This document shows, piece after piece, positions 1-64,000 of a stretch of DNA of 64,000 nt. The stretch is taken from positions 1,054,001 through 1,118,000 of the forward strand of contig JAPYYK010000114.1 of assembly GCA_028534125.1 (NCBI GenBank), read 5' to 3'. The notes below the pieces were generated by a model. The model was not told the DNA's origin. It did no database searches and was given only the letters and a program-made list of their open reading frames with translations. The position numbers and the translations under genes were made by a program. This DNA is from Lama glama (Eukaryota). The first letter of the stretch is position 1; each line of letters starts with the position of its first letter.

Positions 1-539
1 TTGATTTCTGCTCAGAATTTCTTGGAGGCCAAATAATGTCAGAAAATGAAGGATGTGCCTCTTATGCAAATTGCTTTCTTAGCATGCCTGTCCATTATCT
101 TCTGTGGTCCTCCAGAGTCACTTTTTTCTCGCTGCTGAAGTGCAGTATGGAGTAGAATTTTCTCTTTTGTCTCTGGCACTGGTAACATTCCATCTTGGTG
201 GCCTCAGCAGGTCACCAACGTGATGCCGAGTTCCCGCTGACCTTTAAGAGTAAGTTGTGGATGACTGAAATGTGCAGGGCTGTGATGACCTGTCCCACGG
301 AGGAGTTCAGATGAGATCCATTTGTCCCACTGTCTGCTGCTGTGTTGATTCTTACCTCTCTGAACCTCAGTTTCTTCCTCTGTGAAATCAGAACTGGCAC
401 TTCTTAGGGCTTTGGGGAGGAGTAGATTCAGATGCACACCCGTGCTGCCTGCCCAGACCGGCCAGTACCCAGTAACTGCTACCTTCCTCTCATTCCAGAG
501 GGCTGTTTCAGGTTCAGCCTCTAGCACTTAGTGATTTAT

Positions 540-880
540 TGAGTGTGACAGAGAGAAAAATTGAAGATGATTTTGAGGTTTCTACCTTGGATGTGTGGTG
601 TAGCTATTAAGTAAACTAGAACATATAAGAAAATGGGCAAAATTTTAGTAAAAGATGTGTTCAATTTTGGGTTTGTCAGACTTGATACATCTGTGAGAAA
701 TTCAAGTCCTCGCTTTAGAAGACACTTAAATACATGTTTGGAAGTTAGCGCTAGAAACACAGTCCTGGGATTCATTGGCATCTAGATGGATATTGATGTA
801 GAAAATGGACAGTTTTGCTTTTGGAAAAGCTTATAGACTAAGGAGGAGGCTGAGCATGGAAACTTTCAAAAACCGATGGT
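540..880 (-). mobile_element. LINE-2 remnant
   Basis: degraded L2-like text (gttcaattttgggtttgtcagacttgat, ggattcattggcatctagatgg), recognised by eye. Confidence 0.55.
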
Positions 881-974
881 AGAAAGAAAAAGCTGGCTGT
901 GTTGTGTAGGAAGAGAGGAGAAGGGAGCAATTCGAGGCCCAGGAACCCAGGCAGGAGGCTGTTAGGCTGTTCTC

Positions 975-1410
975 AGCCTGCATTTCTCAAAGTGTGAGCC
1001 CTAGGCCACCTGTATGAGGATCTGTTTCTCCACTGGGCACTGAAGCCACTGTGCACAGAATGCACAAGCTTTTCTGGGGCCTATGAAAATAGGAGTGACC
1101 TGAAAAAAGGTGAACATTCTGAGAGTGCAAAATTATAAGATTCTTTCAAACAGAAGCCAGAAATTAATATGGGACGAGAGTGCATTTAAACATATTTGAA
1201 ATGATTTATAGGTAGGGACTCCAAAAGTAAGAGGGCCAGTGACCCAGAGGCTTCAAGATAGCGTCAAACTTGAATCAGAATCACCTGGGCACTAGTTCTG
1301 ACCACCCTCACCCTCCTTTCTGTTCCCCCTCCCACTCCCTGGCAGGCGGAGCCCCGGCATCTTCATTTTGTAATAAGCTGTCAGAGTGGAGAAAGTTTGA
1401 GAACTCGTGG
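975..1410. mobile_element. MER5-like hAT-Charlie fragment interrupted by another hAT-like MITE (about 1030-1260)
   Basis: tttctcaaagtgtg...atcagaatcacctggg...aaagtttgagaac resemble MER5 ends; the inner piece is unassigned. Confidence 0.4.
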
Positions 1411-2057
1411 TTGGGCATTGTCTGCCCATCATGCACGTGATGCTGCAGATCCACACTCAGCAGCGGAGAGTTTTTCTTAAGGACGGCAATGTACCTGGCT
1501 CCTTTACAGAGGCTGTTGCCCTGCTCTGCCCCACACTCATCTCTTTCTTGATTTTTAGCACGTTTATGTAGTGCTAACTTTGCGTTTTACCATGTAGTTA
1601 CTATCGGTCCAAAACTCCTTGTCTGTAATTCTAATATCTAACAGTTTTGGAAAACTGAAAAGTGTGTAATAGTCTTGGCATAAGACTCGTGCAAAACCTC
1701 TCTGAATAGATGTGAACTGTCTTTTAAAAAAAATTTTATCCCATCTAATGTGACTCTACTCATACATTCTACCACAAAAGTACTAATCCATCTTGGAGCA
1801 TTTGGACAGGATGGAAAGTGAAGTGACTTCATCAACTTTTCCCTTTTGGAACTGGCACTTTCCTCCAGCTTTGTGCTTCTCCACCTGGGCCTGTGTACCC
1901 CCAAGAATGTGCAGGGGATACAGGGAGTCACAGTGTACACATGCCTGATTGCCAGGATGGTCAAATTCATTTGATGATCTGAGGGGGAGAGAGAAGTATT
2001 AAAATGTATGTGATAGAGTAAAATGCAGATTTTCCTCAATTAAAAGGCAAAAGGTGA

Positions 2058-2770
2058 TGTTGCAGTCACTATGTAAAACAGTATGAAGATTCCTTTAAAA
2101 ACTAAAACTAGAGTTGCCATATGATCCAGCAATCCCACTCCTGGGCATATATCCAGGGAAAACTCTAATTCAAAAAGATACACACACCCCAGTTTTCATA
2201 GCAGCACTACTTACGATAGCCAAGACATGGAAGCAACCTAAATGTACATGGGACTGGATAAAGATTTGATGGAATCCAAATTCCAGAAAATTCCACACAG
2301 TAGAATATTACTCACCCATAAAAAAGAATGAAAAATGCCACTTGCAGCAACATGGATGGACCTAGAGATTATTATCCCAAGTGAAGTTAATTCAGATGAA
2401 GACAGATATCATATGCTATCACTTATATGTGGAATCTAAAATATACAGATGAGCTTATTTACAAAACAGAATCACAGATGTAGAAAACAAACTTGCGGTT
2501 ACCAAAGGAAACGGGATGGAGGAGGGATAAATTAGGAGTTTGTAATTAGCAGATACAAACTACTACATATAAAACAGATAAACAACAGGTCCTACTGTAT
2601 AGCACAGGGAACTGTATTCACTACCTTGTAATGAACTGTAATGGAAAAGAATATGAAAAAGTGTGTATTTATATATCTGAATCACTTTGTTGTACACCAG
2701 AAACCAACACAACATTGTAAATCAACTGTACATCAATAAAAATAAAAATAAATTTAATAATATAAAAAGA
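2058..2770 (+). mobile_element. 5'-truncated L1 3' end (artiodactyl type), sense to ATG7
   Basis: catatgatccagcaatcccactcctggg, gcagcaacatggatggacctagag, tgtatagcacagggaact, ctgaatcactttg; three AATAAA at 2735-2752 and an A-rich tail. Confidence 0.93.
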
Positions 2771-3255
2771 TAAAATGTGAGATTTCAAAGACATTATGGT
2801 ACTGTGGTCAGGATAGGGAATTCCTCCGTCCTCCTCGGCTGGGTTGCTCAAGTGCTGCCTCACTCAGAACCCTAACAGTTTACATTGCTGTGTTGCTAAC
2901 TGGCTGGACTTTGGGCTTTGTGCCTGTAAAGTTCTCTAGGACCACACACGATGCCAAAAACTTCTGAGACCATGGCTATGTCAAAGAAAGAATAACACTA
3001 ATTCATCAGTCAGACTGATTTACAAGAATTTAGGAAGATTTATGAAAGTGAAGGCCAGGAGGGCCAGTGGTGTCATAAGGATGCTAAACTTGGCAACACA
3101 GCCAAATTCCACAGGTTACTTTCCAAAGTTGGGTCCTCAGGCAGCTCATCTCCCTGTTTTTGTTTGTCCGTTATGATTAAGCATGATTACACGTGTCCTT
3201 TCTCACCATGTTTTGTGCGATATGGCCGTGTTTTGTTTTTAGCAGGCAGTAAATA

Positions 3256-55516
<52,261 letters not shown>

Positions 55517-58079
55517 TGACCACCTGGAAGGTGGCCCATTCTGCAGGATGGTGACTAGAAGAAATCCTGAACAAGCACCATTACCCAAAGTCTCGATACA
55601 TTTAGCATGTTGACCGGGGGCCTCAGAAAGGAGATGGGCTTTGAAATTAAGCAGACAGCAGCTTCAGTCCCAGCCGTGCAGTTATTAAGATGGCCTTCCT
55701 TAGCCAAGTCACTAAACTTCTCTGAGCCCTAGCCGTCTTATCTATAAGTGGAGGCAAGAGTGCCAGCCTCAGCCGGCCTGCAGAGATTGGAGGTGAGGCG
55801 CAGAAGGGCTCGGCAGCAGGGCCTGGGACGTCCCAGGCCTCGGCAGTGCTGCTGCCGCCGCTTCTGTGGCTGTTGTGTGTTGTTGTGATGGACTCCATAG
55901 CCATGGAGAAGCCCTTCTGGGCGTGCGGGGGAAGCCACTGGAAGTGTACAGTGTCACCAGAAAGTGGGGTGTCTTTTCAGAAGAGCAATCTGAAGCTTCA
56001 GAAGGAAGGTCCGTCCCACAGAGAGGGAAGAGAGAAGAAGGACTGGAAGGGAAGTTTTAAATTCATGGCGCTTCTTCACCAGTTTTTGTTACTAGGCTTT
56101 GGAGGTTTTTCTCGCTTTTTGGAAATCTTCCTCTAGGTTCCGTGCGTGTATTTCAGTCTGTAGCAGGAAGGCTGTCTCACGAGGGAAGCCCGGCAGGCCC
56201 GGCCGGGGTTGGTGAGGACAGACTCACAGACAGCGCAGAGGGCAGGGGACCCACGCAGGTCACGTTCGGCCCTTGCTGCCTCCCCACGCCTGCCCCTGCG
56301 TTTTCCGGTTGAGGATCCCCATCAGAAGAGGGGACATTACTTGGCCACAGTTGCAGATAGAGGGAGTGGGTACGCCGAAATCCAGACCTAAACTTGGCTC
56401 TCTGGCTGGGGCTCTTCTGCAGTTTTGCGGGTGGCAATGGCCCCAGCCCCGCCGTCCAGGGAGTTGGCATTGAATCGCTGCTCTGGGCTTCTTGCCCTGA
56501 GTTGCTGTCAGGGACCTGTGTTGGGTCACTTACCCTCCCTGAGCCGCGGTTTCCGTGTCAGAGAAGCAGGCGCTTTACCTTGTGTCCAGACCTGTCTCAG
56601 ACAAGGCTTTGTAAACCACAGAACATGCAGATGTGACTTTCCCAGCCTGCCTCACTCAAGGTGGCATTTAGTTGACCTGAATGTGTCCTTTTCTCAGAGT
56701 TGTTTCCAGCAGGACCCAGCAGACCTCGTCATAAACCCCGTTACAGGGATGCGTTGTGCAGAGCCGACCTCTGCCCTGGGCACTCTCATTTGAAACCTGG
56801 CCTTCTTCCCTTTTTGGTGTCTCCATCACTTTCTTCTGACCTTAAGATGTGCCCTCACCTCCTTTACAGATTTCCTACTGAGAAGGGCCTTGATTACATT
56901 CTCAGTCATGCCCCTGCACTGCTTCCTTCCTCAAGTCCTTTATGTTAAATCACTGCGGTTGCCAGTCCCCAGTGCTGAGGCCGGAGCATGGACCAGACTC
57001 TGCGGACAGTCCGGTGTCAGAGTGCATGTGCCCGTGTTTTCAAAGCACTATGGCAACTAATCCCTCTCCGTGTTATTCAGCCCCTTTGAGCCTTGCCATT
57101 GTCATTCACCCCCTCTTCTAATTCTTTCTCCTCCTTTTCAAGTGTCTGAGGGATTATTTTGGTTGTTGGCCATCTCTTCATTTGGCCTTTTCATAGGCTG
57201 AAGAATAGCATGGCCATATATGGGAAAAGCCGAGTGCATGCGTGTGATTACTTGCTTACATTATTTCAAGTTTCATGCCTTTATTTTTAGCTACTTTCTA
57301 AGAAAGATAGTGTAGAAAGAACTTTAAAATTAATCAAGGCTGTGTGGTCCCTATTTATAGGGTTTAAGTTTTTTTTTTTTTTCAAGTGGAGTAAGTCCAT
57401 TTATGCAACTGTGTTTTGATTAGGAGAACATCGTTTCCACAAAAACACTGGGCTGTGTTGCAGTGCAGACTCAGCACTTCCCTCCTCCTCTTCCTGGCTC
57501 TCAGAGAGAAATGACTTCCTGCTGGAGAGGAACTCGGTAAACCCCTTTGTGTGCTTTGTATACAGAGAATGGCCACTGACATTCCCCGGGCTCGTTTTTT
57601 CCTCAGTTCCCCAAAGGAAAGTGTTTATTAATTGGCCCCTGAAGAATGGGATGTGGTAGCAAAGTGACCATCTTTGGGCAGGGAATCACAAGGCCCCCCA
57701 CCAGCAACTCAGTGTGTAATCTGGGGAAGGCTGCTTCCCTCAGCCTGTGCTCTTGGCACCTCCGCGCTCCGCGAGTCAGACCTGGAAGGCCTGGGGATTA
57801 CTTAGTGTGTCTCTCCAGGGACCGCAGGCAGAATTTGGCCCATCCAGAGATTGGCCGAGAGCAGAAGGCTTGATTAGGTGCTGCAATTCAGTGATATTCA
57901 GCCTGGAAAAAAACCTCTTACTGAATTTGAAAACCGTGAAAACCCCATTTGAAGGTGAGAAAATAGGCTTATGGGTTTGTTCTTTTTTTAAAGTCTCTGA
58001 CCGGATGTACCGGACGAGATTCTGTGAGCAGGCAGCAATAAGTAGAAGCCACTTCCTGTCTGTAAAGGGGTTGGTTTTG

Positions 58080-58420
58080 TAATTTAAGTTGTCATTTTAA
58101 TCCATAAAATACACATAGTCACACAGATCATTAAGTATACAACTTGGATTATCACCAAGTGAACACCACTCGTGGACCCAGCACACAGATCAAAATGAAG
58201 TGTGACCAGGCTTTCCCACAGCCCCCACCCCTGCCCTGCCAGGGCCCCCCCCCATGCGTCTTCCCATTACCATTGCCTCCTTCCCACACGGAGGCCAGCA
58301 CCTCTTGATTCTGAACCCCTGGGGAGACTTTTCTCAAATTTTGAACTTTCTGTAAATGAAATAATACAGAACATGCTCTTTGGAGCCCAGCTTCTTTCAT
58401 AGAATTTTTTCATTGTGAGT
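58080..58420 (-). mobile_element. L1M 3' fragment
   Basis: caccaagtgaacaccact...cccagcacacagatcaa...ttgaactttctgtaaatgaaataataca. Confidence 0.7.
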
Positions 58421-60842
58421 CTTGGTATCCTCTTACTCCCTCTGCTTCCCAGCAAGTGGGATCTTTTATTTGGGGTGGGTGGTGGGGGGAGTTGTCTTTT
58501 CCTGGCTCCTGGGGTGGTGGCTGGGTTCCGTGAGGCCAGACCTCTTTTCTGGTTCTTTGGTAGGAGGCACCTACCAAAGGAGTTATAAAATGCCGAGGCC
58601 ACGCCTGGTGTCTCCAGGAAGTTGGTGTGCAGGCAGCTGAGAGGTCCTGAATGTGACTGAAATCAGCCCCCGATGGAGCTGCTGCTCATTTGACTGGACA
58701 TCCCTTGGAGAATGAAAAGCAGCATGGCAGTTCAGTAGCTGTTTGAACACCTCAGTCACGAATATAGCAGTCCTGCTCTAACTGACTGTGGACCAGGCAC
58801 TTCATGGATTTTTTTTTTCTGTCTTTGGACAAATGTAGTCTTGGTCCTCAAGTACTGAAGAATAAACACCCTGGATGAATGGATGAATGGGCCCTTCCTA
58901 GGGGTTTGGACTTGCTAACCCCATGGTTCTCTTGGGCTCTTGAGTTCTTTCTCTTAGTTACTTTCAGGAAAGTAGAACAAAGCCCAAACTAGGGCAGGAC
59001 CCCGGGAGGGGAAAACTTCAAGTGAGGCAGAAGCTGAGACGGAGCTGTGGTCTCCAGCTGCGCTGTGGCCTGTCTGCCCAGGCTGTGCCCCCAGATCCTC
59101 AGGCCCTTAGCTTTTAACAAGGTCTCTCCACCATGCTCGGAAGTGCTGTCTCAGTCTGCCTCTAGGGATGTGGACGGACTGACTGCTGAGGGACGAGGTT
59201 AAGAAAATGAGCAGTAAGAGCATGTTTCCTGAGGTGTAGCCCAAGAAAAGGAACCTCCTTCCCTCTCTGATTCTATACCCCTCAAATTGATGGCAGTGGA
59301 ATTGGCCAGAAAAACAGACAGCCCTAATGTCTGCTGTCGCGCCGCTTCAGCTGTGACCTATTCGCCCTCCCTCTCTCCCTTCCTCCCTCCATCCCTTCAG
59401 CAGGTGATTCCAAACACTGACTCTGTGCCAAGCACCATTGGGTTCAGAGAGGTTAAGTGGGCCCCCCTCTCCTTGGCGTACAGAGTCGGGCATAAGTTAC
59501 ACACAGCGCCAGAGCTCCAAAGCGGCTCAGGGAGCATCTCTCGTCCCCAAAGGACTCAGGCCTAGTGTTGTCAGTTGCAGGATGTTCCTCGTGCTCCCAG
59601 GTTTTGCTCACCTAGTGAGGCTGTCCTGTTTGGGAGGGCCCATGTGGGAGGGAACCAGAGGCTCTGCGATCACACAGATCTGATGAGAGTCCCTGCTTTG
59701 CCTCTCAATTTCATTTTCATTTACTCACTCATTAGCTCATTTGACAACAGGATTTGAGGCAGTTCTTGCCACTTGTCACTTTGTGACCTCTGGCAGGTTG
59801 CTGATCCTTTCTGAACTTCATGTTCTAAATTACTAAAATGGGCATAATAATACACTGTAAACAACTGGTATTCATGTACAGATTAAATTAAATTTTCTAA
59901 GGACTAACACTGTTCTGGGCACTTGTAAATGTTGTTTTTCTCTTTCTCTTTCACTTTGAATTAAAATAGTCAAGTGGGAGCTTATCTGCCCTCCTAAAAA
60001 GAAAGTTACAAGGAATGTCGTAAAACTCTGGCAGCAGTGAGTGTGTAGGGACGAGCTGGAAGGGTTAGCTCCATTCTGCAGGATTTTCCTAAGGATCACG
60101 CTGGCTCACTTCCAGCTTGCTGTTTCTCCCTGTGGTGACTCCTGTTGGATGATGAGAGGTGGGTCACAGGTGGTAGCTGAAGCTGCTGTCTGAAACAAGG
60201 ACCTCTGTGCTGTGCCTGGGGTTTTGCAATTGCTAAACGCTGTATTTTAGCATTGAATTTGGTTCAGACTCTTTTCAACATCCAAGAGCAATCCAGAGCT
60301 TGGACTTAGCTTTTATTTATGCAAATCCCAGGCTCTAGAAATATTGCCAGGCCAGCTGGAACCCGGTGTGAAGTTAAGGCTGCAGGTTCCAGGTGGTTGC
60401 AGTGGTGCCTTCTCAGGACGGCTCTTTGTTGCTGGTCACTGGGTCTCCACTTCCCATCGAGGCTTGGGGCTCGAGCTGCTTTCACTCAGCGTAGGTGTAA
60501 ACACTACCAGGGGTGGCCCAGAATGGAAGGGACCCCTTTTTATTCCTGATCTCTTTATTTTGTAGCCAAATGGGCATAATTGACTGAAGATAATTTGATC
60601 TATTCAGACCCTGATAGTGGCTATCTTGATACTGAGTTCTTGGGTTTTGAGGGGTGTTTTGGCTTTAAAAAAAAAAATTCCTTTGGTCTTTTCTTTCTTC
60701 CTTCCTTTATTTTTACCTTCTCCTTGCTTTTCAGCTTCCCCCACCCCCTTCTCCTTCTTTGGAGAGAAGGAACAGAACTCTGATCCCTGTCTTTGCCACT
60801 TGGTTGTTGTGTGAATCTTGTCACTTCCCTGAGCCTTGATTT

Positions 60843-60984
60843 ATTTTAAAAATTTTTTTTATTCATTTATTTTGAGGGGTAGGTAATTAGGTTTATTTAT
60901 TTATTTGGATGGAGGTCCTGGGGATTGAACCCAGGACCTCTTGCATGCTAAGTACACACACTACCACTGGGCTTCCTTCCCCCC
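60843..60984 (-). mobile_element. camelid vic-1-like SINE with TSD, inserted in a MIR (about 60780-61100)
   Basis: ggggattgaacccaggacctcttgcatgctaag; TSD agccttgattt (60832-60842) / agcctcgattt (60986-60996). Confidence 0.88.
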
Positions 60985-62476
60985 AAGCCTCGATTTCTTT
61001 ATCTAGAATATGGGGAAGGTCACAGGATAGTCGTCAGGCCAAAATGAGATGAGCATGTGAAAACACTCAAGAGAGCTAAACGCAGGATGGCACTTAGTAA
61101 ATGTCGGTCCCCTCCCCAGTCCCCTAGGCCACCATTTCCACGTTCTGCCAGAACATGCCCTCCTGCACAGCTTCCCAGGTTAGGAGGGAGCAGCTGTTTA
61201 CGTGGAAGGGAGAAGGGAGAGGAGAAAGCACGTTAGGGGAGACACAGGACACGGGAGAAGACGGGTGAGAAGGGAGCTTGGTGAGCTTGAGAACCTGAAA
61301 GGCAGCCAGTGTCCCTGTAAGAGAGGGAGGAGAGCCCAGTGTGGGAGGGGTACAGACCGGCTGGCTCGCCAGCCCACTGTAAAGGCTTGGACCTTCAACC
61401 AAGGGTGGAAAGCCACTGGGAAGTCACACGCTGAGATGTGACGTGGTGAGGTTTGGCTGCTGCATGGAGGCTAGACCAGAGGAGACGTTAGTGGATCTGG
61501 GTACAGAGATGGATTCAGTTAGCCTTTGAGTGGAAGACAGGCTAATCCAGGGGCGCCCACACCTGGTGTATCAGAGTCACCTCGGGAGCCATCCCAGAAT
61601 ACACATTGCTCAGCTCTGTTCCTGATCCACTGAAAGAGAACCTCCAGGGACGTGAGGCCTTTGAGAACAACAGCTTCAGTCTATAAAAATGGCTTCTTGA
61701 TGGCATCCTAGGGGACAAAGTATGTAACCCGTCAAGCTAACACAGACCAGCTGCTGCTCTTTGAATTTTATGCTCCCAACACTAGTTCTCTTTGTGGAAG
61801 GGCCCTTGACACCTAGCCCCCAGCAAACACCCAGCCATACAGGTGTTCCTGCTTTCGAGCCTTTGGATGCTAATTGGATATGCACAGGTGTGCCTCCTGA
61901 ATTCTCGCAGGCCCGCCCACTGTCGTGCTGGGGCAGCCCAGAGGGAGGCCGGAGGAGCCTACATAGGTGCCTTTTGCGGCATCTCGCCGTATTTTGACCC
62001 GGCCTGGTGAGGGGAGCGTGCCCTGGCTTACTCGGCCCTTTGAGCCCAGCGCGCGTTCAGCTGCGTGCCCCATTGCTGTTTGACGATGGGGATTTCATCT
62101 CAAGCTGCTTTTGCCCTTCGTGAGGTCTGGGGCTGAGGAGAGGGAAGAGGGCCAGGAAACCACAGGTAATTGTCCTCCTAAGTTCTGTCATTCCCTGCTG
62201 GGTTTTTTTAAAATACTTCGGTAGTAGCAAAGATACACACATTGTAGAGCTGGTTTATACATAGAATTTTGTTTTTTTCCCTGGAAGGCTACACAGGAAA
62301 CTGATGCTGGAGGTTTTTTTTGAGGCAGAGGCATTGTGGGGCCATAGGGACCTCATGCTTTTCATTTTGTGTTTTCTGTAGTTTTGAAAATGTTAATAAG
62401 ATTATAAACTGGTTTTTTTAGTTTCCTTTTTTGAGATATAGCTTATGTACAATCAAATGCACCCATTTTGAGTGTG

Positions 62477-62606
62477 TTTTTTTAAATTAATTAATTTTGG
62501 TGGGAGGTAGTTAGGCTTGTTTATTTTTAGTGAAGGTACTGGGGGTTAAACCCAGGACCTCGTGCATGCTCAGCATGCACTCTACCACTGAGCTATATCC
62601 TCCCCC
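62477..62606 (-). mobile_element. camelid vic-1-like SINE inserted in an old L1M fragment (about 62420-62750)
   Basis: aacccaggacctcgtgcatgctcagcatgcactctaccactgagctatatcctccccc; T-rich tail. Confidence 0.88.
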
Positions 62607-63774
62607 TTTGTGCATTTTAATGAATTTTGACAAGTATATATACTCGTGCATAACCACAGCCCCCACTAGCGAGCTCTGGAACATTCCCAGTCACTACCAA
62701 AATTGACTTCTGCCTTTTCCAGAGTGATATCCCTGTAAGCTGTGTGCAGTCCCCAGAGTCAGAAGACGGTACTTTGAGCACCGTCAAGAGGCCTTAGTTC
62801 CTAAGTGGATGGAGAAATCACTTCACAAAGCCTTGTCATCTAGATGTTAATTTAGATGTGGGCTACATTAGCTGGGTGTGGTGGTGCTATGTTTAGAAAA
62901 CGTGGAAAGGAGGAGAGGCTTGCTAACTGCTTCCATCTGTTTTCTGACATCTAACGGGGGGGGGGGTGTTGAGTGTATAGCGCAAACCACAGGAAGGTGT
63001 AAATGAGGATGGTAACTGAAAGCATCTTGTTCCAAACGCTCGCCCGATGAGAATCACCTGGGCACTGGTTAAACCTACAGACGCTCAGGCCTTACCCCAG
63101 ATCTTTTGAATCAAGTTCTAGGGGAGTCTTCTGATCCAGCAAGTTTAGAAAAACACTGAATGAGCGAGCATATTGCTTCATGTACTTTGCTCACTTGTAA
63201 GTAAGTAGGAAGGTGATGGTGAATTTTTCTCCACCCAAGCAAGGGACAAATCCTTATAACTTTCTTTGACTGTGAATTGGTGCCTGGCCTCTCTAATTAG
63301 GTGTGAATATATTTAGTAGGATTTTGCTTAGGGTACCTGGGTTTTAGATTGCTCTGGGATGTCTATACATATCTAAGGAAGGTGCTAAAATTTTAAGTAG
63401 CAACCTCTGCTCTTTAAACATTATGCATTTCTTGTAAGATTTTTAGGGAATGCAGAGCACATTGTGGGAGCTCAGTGCATTTGTAATGCGGGGGATTTAA
63501 ACTGTTATTGATGGGAAGGGCTTCAGATTGCCTGGAAAATGTGAGTGGGGGCAAGATGGAATTTTTCTTGTGGTTTATTTAGAATGTGTTTTCTCTGTAT
63601 AGCTGAGATATGAATAATTTGGTTGGTTTGGGGATGTTTGTTTTTTTCTCATTTATTTCATAATTAATACTAAGTTATCTATTATGAGGAAATTACTGTG
63701 CTATGGGCAAATGCAGATAGTTCAACCTGTATCTTGCCCTCAAAAGCAAAAGAGAGAAAAAATAATATTTTAAG

Positions 63775-64000
63775 TAATTATGTTATGCAAGCTGATCCTA
63801 AAATTCATGTGGTAAGGAGAGGACTCAGAATAGCTAGAATAACCCTGAAAAAGAAGAACAAAGTTGGAAGAGTCACACTTCCCATTACTACAAAGCCACT
63901 GTAAGCAAGTCAGTGTAGTACGGTCATGAGGCTGGACACAGAGATCAATGGAATAGAGCTGAGAGTCCAGAAGTGAACCCTTACATTTATGGTCACTTGA
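63775..64000 (+). mobile_element. L1 ORF2 fragment (continues beyond the window)
   Basis: aagctgatcctaaaattcat...aagaagaacaaagttggaagagtcacacttcc...tcaatggaatagagctgagagtccagaa. Confidence 0.88.

Noticed and set aside
63698-63904. 68-aa ORF with LKKKNKVGRVTLP
   Set aside because: Decayed L1 ORF2 fragment, not a host gene.

Overview
Mammalian genomic DNA, most likely a camelid: it has three vic-1-like tRNA-derived SINEs and artiodactyl-type L1 ends, and I recognised no Alu, B1/B2, BovB/Bov-tA or PRE-1. The window holds most of ATG7 (autophagy E1-like enzyme for ATG8/ATG12) on the + strand. Fifteen coding exons between 3256 and 55354, all GT-AG, splice into one open frame of 1872 nt (624 codons). 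This covers the N-terminal E2-binding domain, the GAGTLG adenylation motif, the first Zn-ligand pair (CYFC) and the catalytic Cys (QQCTVSRPG). The promoter, upstream UTR exons and last coding exons lie outside the window. Introns are filled with ordinary eutherian repeats (L1, L2, MIR, MLT1 LTRs, MER5/MER2/MER53/MER104-like DNA transposons), and there is one 144-N gap. I see no convincing wholly new biological system. The best leads are: splice-site oddities around ATG7 exons (poison micro-exon/decoy donor, duplicated donor, quadruple NAG acceptor, junction-reconstituted donor); an inverted L1 pair bracketing coding exons 1-11; strong exon-to-exon GC3 heterogeneity suggesting GC-biased gene conversion; young local duplications; and two unusually long open frames in phase with ATG7 exons. 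Repeat-family names and human/mouse comparisons come from memory, not from a search, and repeat boundaries are approximate.
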